A stretch of DNA of 60,926 nucleotides, counting the filler. It is 4 parts of 4 records of this genome, joined end to end, with 100 filler letters (N's around TTAATTAATTAA, not from the genome) between each part and the next. Parts side by side here need not be neighbours in the genome. Positions count along the whole stretch, not along the records: positions 56,342 to 60,926 come from SRR20825010_2198; 3 more parts are not named here. One strand, given 5' to 3'. Position 1 is the stretch's first letter; each line of letters begins with the position of its first letter. This document shows positions 58,944 to 60,926 of this stretch, in pieces. The notes under the pieces were generated by a model. It was not told the origin of the DNA. It was given only the letters and a program-made list of their open reading frames with translations, and made no database searches. A program made the position numbers and the translations under genes.

Positions 58944-59533
58944 TACTCCTTGGGTTTAAGAAAATGAGTTTTAAGAAAGCTATAAAGAGGTTCAAGATAC
59001 TCGGCATCAAGATTCCATAAAGAAGCTCTCTTGAAAGTATGAGATTCTTTTTTTCCTTTTTCATCTTTGAACTCAAAAGCATTAGAATAAATATAAACCC
59101 TGCTTTTATCATTAAAATCAGCTAGATCATTAGTTCTCTGTCTCTCAACACAATCTCCATATGAATTGATACATCCAAATATCCACTTTCTTTCTTCACT
59201 GATTATTTGTAACAGGAGCGTTTCCAAATTACCAGAAAGCTCATTATTAGGAAAGTAAAATTGGCCGGCCAACTCTAAATTAAACTTCATGGCTTGTTTT
59301 TCAATTCTTTTCTTAGCTCCCGTCAAGTCTTTGTCTGAATCAAAAATGACTAAGACATTTTCGCCTCGTTCATTAGCAATTTCAATAGCACTTTTTTGTG
59401 GGCTTAGGTTATTTGACTGCGTCAGTATAAAATCCTCTCGATCAATATTAATTGGTGAAAATCTATATTCAATAAAGTCTTTTAGAAACTTAAAGTCGGT
59501 TTCTCCTTCTACGACAATCTTAAATCTGTTCAT
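58943..59533 (-). CDS. TOPRIM-fold protein (DUF3226-like)
   Basis: IVVEGETD, VIFDSD, GNLETLL; overlaps the ATPase stop and the nuoC start. Confidence 0.72.
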   Translation of the reverse strand: MNRFKIVVEGETDFKFLKDFIEYRFSPINIDREDFILTQSNNLSPQKSAIEIANERGENVLVIFDSDKDLTGAKKRIEKQAMKFNLELAGQFYFPNNELSGNLETLLLQIISEERKWIFGCINSYGDCVERQRTNDLADFNDKSRVYIYSNAFEFKDEKGKKESHTFKRASLWNLDAEYLEPLYSFLKTHFLKPKE

Positions 59534-60597
59534 CGTATTTCATTTCCGTATTCGACAGCGTGTTCAAGCTCTTCGAAAGAAGAAGTAACAGCCTTTACAT
59601 CCTTAGATTTATAGTTTTCTACCAAAGTAATTGTTCTCGCTTCTTTTTGAAGGTGCTCCATTTCTTTTTCTTCCAACACCTCTTTGAAATAGCGAATGCA
59701 CTCTTGGTTATGAGTAGTTACAAAAAGTTGAACTTCGTTTTCTTCCGCAGCGCTTAGAATCACTCTCCAAAAGTCTTTCATTCTCGAATAATGAATCCCT
59801 GTATCAATTTCATCTACCATAAGACGCTGCCCCTTAAAAATGATTAAATACATCAGGAGTCTAAAGAGCTTAGTCGCTCCATCACCGAAATTCGCTAATG
59901 GTACTACAGAGTTTTGTCCTTTTAGGGCTACAACTAAAACGGAATAACTAGAAATGACCGTATCGAACTCAATATCCTCAATATCAGGTATAAGAATTGC
60001 CAGCAGATTCAAGAGCCTTCTTTTAGCCACCCTATCACGTATAATGTGTTTAGAATACATATCTGACAAATCCTTTCCGTATGTTAATGAAAATGGTATT
60101 AATGGACAAACATAGTCGTTAGGAAGACTATCTGGTTTATTGCTTTTCAAAACAGCATTGCCGTTATAAAAAGAGTCATCATCCCCATTGATTTTTTTGA
60201 CTATAAAATTACCTTCTTTAGTATATTCAAAGTAACTCCCGTCCATGAAATCATTGACCTTATGATTTCTATCCTTTCTCGTTTTTTGATTGATATAATT
60301 AATGCGTAACATTAACTGAGATGGACGGCTTTCTAAAAGCGAATGCTTATTGACGAAAAAACTCAAATGCCCTTCTTCATACCATCCACCAATGTTCTTG
60401 AAATTTAATGCTGCAAGTAGGTTCTTAGAAAATTCATCGGAATCCTCGCTATACAGCAACGCCTCTAACAATGAGGTTTTCCCAACATTATTATCTCCAA
60501 TTATTAGGTTAAACTCACCGAGATTCTTTAAGTGAAGTTTTTCAAATCTTTTGAAGTTTTCAACCCGAAACTCTAGCAAATGATCTTTTTTTGACAT
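59530..60597 (-). CDS. ABC-type (AAA_15/AAA_21-like) ATPase
   Basis: VENFKRF, Walker A GDNNVGKTS, FGDG signature, Walker B LMVDEIDTGIH, VTTH. Confidence 0.88.
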   Translation of the reverse strand: MSKKDHLLEFRVENFKRFEKLHLKNLGEFNLIIGDNNVGKTSLLEALLYSEDSDEFSKNLLAALNFKNIGGWYEEGHLSFFVNKHSLLESRPSQLMLRINYINQKTRKDRNHKVNDFMDGSYFEYTKEGNFIVKKINGDDDSFYNGNAVLKSNKPDSLPNDYVCPLIPFSLTYGKDLSDMYSKHIIRDRVAKRRLLNLLAILIPDIEDIEFDTVISSYSVLVVALKGQNSVVPLANFGDGATKLFRLLMYLIIFKGQRLMVDEIDTGIHYSRMKDFWRVILSAAEENEVQLFVTTHNQECIRYFKEVLEEKEMEHLQKEARTITLVENYKSKDVKAVTSSFEELEHAVEYGNEIR

Positions 60598-60627
60598 TTC
60601 TGTAAGATTTTAAGAAAGGTAAAAAAT

Positions 60628-60926
60628 TTAAACTGCTTTTGCAGCTAACAACTTTTCAATGGCTTTTGGCGCCACAATGGTTTCTTGTCTTATTTTTTCT
60701 TGAAGCTTCAGCAAACCACCTATTAAAGCTTCTGGCCTTGGTGGGCAGCCCGGCACATAAACGTCCACAGGAATTATTCTATCCACACCTTTTACCACGT
60801 GATAGCCATGTTCCCAATACGGGCCTCCACAATTGGAACATGAGCCCATTGACACTACATAACGTGGCTCGGCCATTTGCTCATAAAGTCTTCTTACACG
60901 GTCGGCCATTTTGAAGGTTACGGTAC
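60628..60926 (-). CDS. nuoB: NADH-quinone oxidoreductase subunit B, 5'-truncated by window edge
   Basis: [26 protein letters not shown]. Confidence 0.95.
   Translation of the reverse strand, partial: TVTFKMADRVRRLYEQMAEPRYVVSMGSCSNCGGPYWEHGYHVVKGVDRIIPVDVYVPGCPPRPEALIGGLLKLQEKIRQETIVAPKAIEKLLAAKAV

Overview
The window is not one replicon. It is four contigs joined by artificial 100-nt N/TTAATTAATTAA linkers (29814-29913, 34159-34258, 56242-56341). Contigs 1 (1-29813) and 3 (34259-56241) are GC-rich and look alphaproteobacterial, carrying mostly metabolic, transport and regulator genes. Contig 2 (29914-34158) looks Rhodobacteraceae-like, and contig 4 (56342-60926) is AT-rich and Bacteroidota-like. 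Highlights: (1) a lower-GC CBASS anti-phage locus with a DncV-like CD-NTase ending in Gly and a Cap2-like E2-E1 fusion, but with its Cap15-like effector transcribed divergently and no adjacent Cap3/JAB gene. (2) A recurring, integrase-free footprint seen four times, in which a 1-4.5 kb gene block sits between the 3' end of an intact gene and a diverged second copy of that same 3' end. (3) An ABC-type ATPase plus TOPRIM (DUF3226-like) pair, resembling defence modules, wedged between nuoB and nuoC of a complex I operon and overlapping the nuoC start. Smaller items include a frameshifted GNAT gene, an uncalled 28-aa membrane peptide, candidate operators and an ECF promoter. All family assignments come from motif recognition by eye; no database searches were run.
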